IMG/VR virus record: IMGVR_UViG_3300016665_000607
Span: 1-37,989 of that record
Length of the DNA: 37,989 nucleotides
Source of the DNA: a virus
Lineage: Duplodnaviria; Caudoviricetes
Reading direction: 5' to 3' (one strand)
In this document: positions 36,401 through 37,989 of the stretch, piece by piece
How the letters are laid out: each line of letters begins with the position of its first letter
How positions within the stretch are numbered: the first letter of the stretch is position 1
Program-made: the position numbers and the translations under genes
The notes under the pieces: generated by a model
What the model saw: the letters and a program-made list of their open reading frames with translations, nothing else
Told to the model about the DNA's origin: nothing
Databases searched by the model: none

Positions 36401-37989
36401 TTAACTAGAAAGTTCTAAAACAGTAATATTGGATGTGGCGCGACCGAAAGTAGCTGCGTCAGTATCTGTGCCAGTACGATTCACGTAAACAGTTCCCGTG
36501 CTATGGCTAGCTATAGAAATACCATAAGTTTGCTGTGCGGTTGAGCCGGGGCTATCTATGTAAGTTATTGGAACTGTGATCATAGCTGAAACATTGTTCA
36601 AGCCCATCATAGAAGTTATTCTATTTCTGTTGCCAGCCGCGTCTCCTTGAAAAATTACAGATCCGCCTCGAGTTAATCTAATGAAAACATATTGCGATGC
36701 CGCGTTACCGCAAGACAAATGCGCAATTACCATTACTCGGCTTGCAGTGCTTGAAGGTGTAATGTTACAAGATATTACTTGTCCAAATGTCGCTCCTACT
36801 ACTGAAGCCGTAGTTGTGAGCGTTGATTGAATAGCTTGTAAAACTAGACCAGAAGAACCAGTTGCACCTGTAGCGCCTGTCGCGCCAGTTGCGCCAGTAG
36901 CACCAGTTGCTCCAGTGGCACCTTGAATGCCTTGTATGCCCTGAGATCCCTGCGGACCCGTATCGCCGGTAGCGCCCGTTGCACCTGTGACGCCTTGAAT
37001 ACCTTGAATACCCTGAGATCCCGTAGCGCCAGTAGCGCCTTGAATACCCTGGATGCCTTGCTCGCCTGTAGCGCCTGTAGCGCCTTGAGCTCCCGTTGCG
37101 CCAGTTGCTCCAGTGACACCTTGAATTCCCTGCGGACCCGTAGCGCCAGTAGCGCCCGTTGCACCTGTGACGCCTTGAATACCTTGAATACCCTGTGGAC
37201 CTGTTGCGCCTGTAGCTCCGGTAGGTCCAGGAATAGTCGAAGCTGCGCCAGTAGGGCCAGTAGGGCCAGTAGCACCCGTTGCTCCGGTTGAACCAGTAGC
37301 GCCTGTAGGTCCCAGCTGTGTATACATTACCTGACTTACGCTTAGAATAACCCCTGGCGTTCCAGGTACAGCTGGTGGCCCCGTCTCAGAAGAAAAGGTT
37401 TTAATTGTTACATCGGAACTACTGCTAGACCAATAAATTTGTACATGGTCATTGGTATTTTGCGCCGTTCCAATGAAATCCAAAGTAGCAACTTGATAGC
37501 CATCTTTACCTGCCTGTGCTTTAGGTATTACGTATTTGGTATTACTATCAGGATAAGGCGAGTGATTATAATTTAACCAAACATCTGCAAAGTGATCTTG
37601 GGAGCTTGCGTTCGCAAATTGGATACTAAATGTAAACTTGTATACGCCAGGGTATGAGAAAGTTACTTCATTGTTATTATTAATAAATACACCATTATTT
37701 GCTACTGTTGTATTTATGTTAACAGGTTGCCCTGCTGTGACAGAACTTAAAGTCTGTGTGGTGGTATCATAGAAAGAACCGTAGTAACCTAAAGCACCGC
37801 CTGCTCCGGTTGTACCCGTAGCGCCTGTGACACCCTGTACACCTTGAGCTCCCGTTGCGCCAGTTGCTCCAGTAACACCTTGAATTCCCTGCGGACCCGT
37901 AGCGCCTGTAGCGCCTTGAATACCCTGTATACCTTGTTCTCCAGTAGCGCCTGTAGCACCCTGAATACCTTGGATGCCTTGCTCGCCTG
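36401..37989 (-). CDS. Collagen-like fibre protein (5'-truncated by window edge)
   Basis: The frame stays open upstream of 37483 to the window end: collagen Gly-X-Y tract, beta-sandwich domain ([12 protein letters not shown]...[12 protein letters not shown]...VWL...VQIYW), second collagen tract, C-terminal beta domain. Confidence 0.85.
   Translation of the reverse strand, partial: GEQGIQGIQGATGATGEQGIQGIQGATGATGPQGIQGVTGATGATGAQGVQGVTGATGTTGAGGALGYYGSFYDTTTQTLSSVTAGQPVNINTTVANNGVFINNNNEVTFSYPGVYKFTFSIQFANASSQDHFADVWLNYNHSPYPDSNTKYVIPKAQAGKDGYQVATLDFIGTAQNTNDHVQIYWSSSSSDVTIKTFSSETGPPAVPGTPGVILSVSQVMYTQLGPTGATGSTGATGATGPTGPTGAASTIPGPTGATGATGPQGIQGIQGVTGATGATGATGPQGIQGVTGATGATGAQGATGATGEQGIQGIQGATGATGSQGIQGIQGVTGATGATGDTGPQGSQGIQGIQGATGATGATGATGATGATGATGSSGLVLQAIQSTLTTTASVVGATFGQVISCNITPSSTASRVMVIAHLSCGNAASQYVFIRLTRGGSVIFQGDAAGNRNRITSMMGLNNVSAMITVPITYIDSPGSTAQQTYGISIASHSTGTVYVNRTGTDTDAATFGRATSNITVLELSS
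36850..37311 (-). repeat. Collagen Gly-X-Y repeat tract (GAT/GIQ/GPQ triplets)
   Basis: 9-nt-period repeats with larger exact internal duplications. Confidence 0.9.
37795..37989 (-). repeat. Second collagen Gly-X-Y tract (truncated)
   Basis: Same triplets; shares near-identical blocks with the first tract. Confidence 0.85.

Noticed and set aside
36844-37291. Alternative-frame ORFs of 143 aa (-) and 122 aa (+)
   Set aside because: By-products of stop-free collagen repeats.
1-37989. CRISPR array or short-period (GGY-NN-type) guide array accompanying the RAMP gene
   Set aside because: No repeat-spacer array or 5-nt-period repeat was seen by eye in any intergenic gap; the only tandem repeats are 9-nt collagen codons. 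One could still lie outside the window.
1-37989. Stop-codon reassignment, introns or inteins
   Set aside because: Genes are full length and densely packed in code 11 with TAA, TAG and TGA all used as stops; no splicing motifs or large insertions were noticed in polA, terL, thyA or the helicases.

Overview
A gene-dense fragment of a large (probably jumbo-type) tailed dsDNA phage genome, read in the standard genetic code. Positions 1-22.7 kb are an almost uninterrupted minus-strand replication/recombination module. In transcription order it encodes SbcD/Mre11, SbcC/Rad50, a 160-aa stand-alone RAMP/Cas7-like protein, a UvsW-like SF2 helicase, a DnaB-like helicase, a DnaG-like primase, an ORF6N-like regulator, a family A DNA polymerase with an N-terminal uracil-DNA-glycosylase-like domain, a putative SSB with a GYF_2-like domain, a RecA-like recombinase and RecQ. 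At 22.7-27.5 kb there is a kinase-like gene, a highly structured ~210-nt candidate ncRNA with its own promoter and terminator, a two-gene operon sharing the same 19-bp promoter motif, and thyA. At 28-38 kb lie the terminase large subunit, a methyltransferase/glycosyltransferase pair, a K-x-A-rich putative virion protein, a large Zn-finger protein and the 3' part of a collagen-like fibre gene. The best candidate for a new system is the orphan RAMP gene coupled to Rad50/Mre11 and an SF2 helicase, with no CRISPR array in the window; it may or may not be linked to the nearby structured RNA. All calls come from motif reading by eye; no database searches or folding programs were run.
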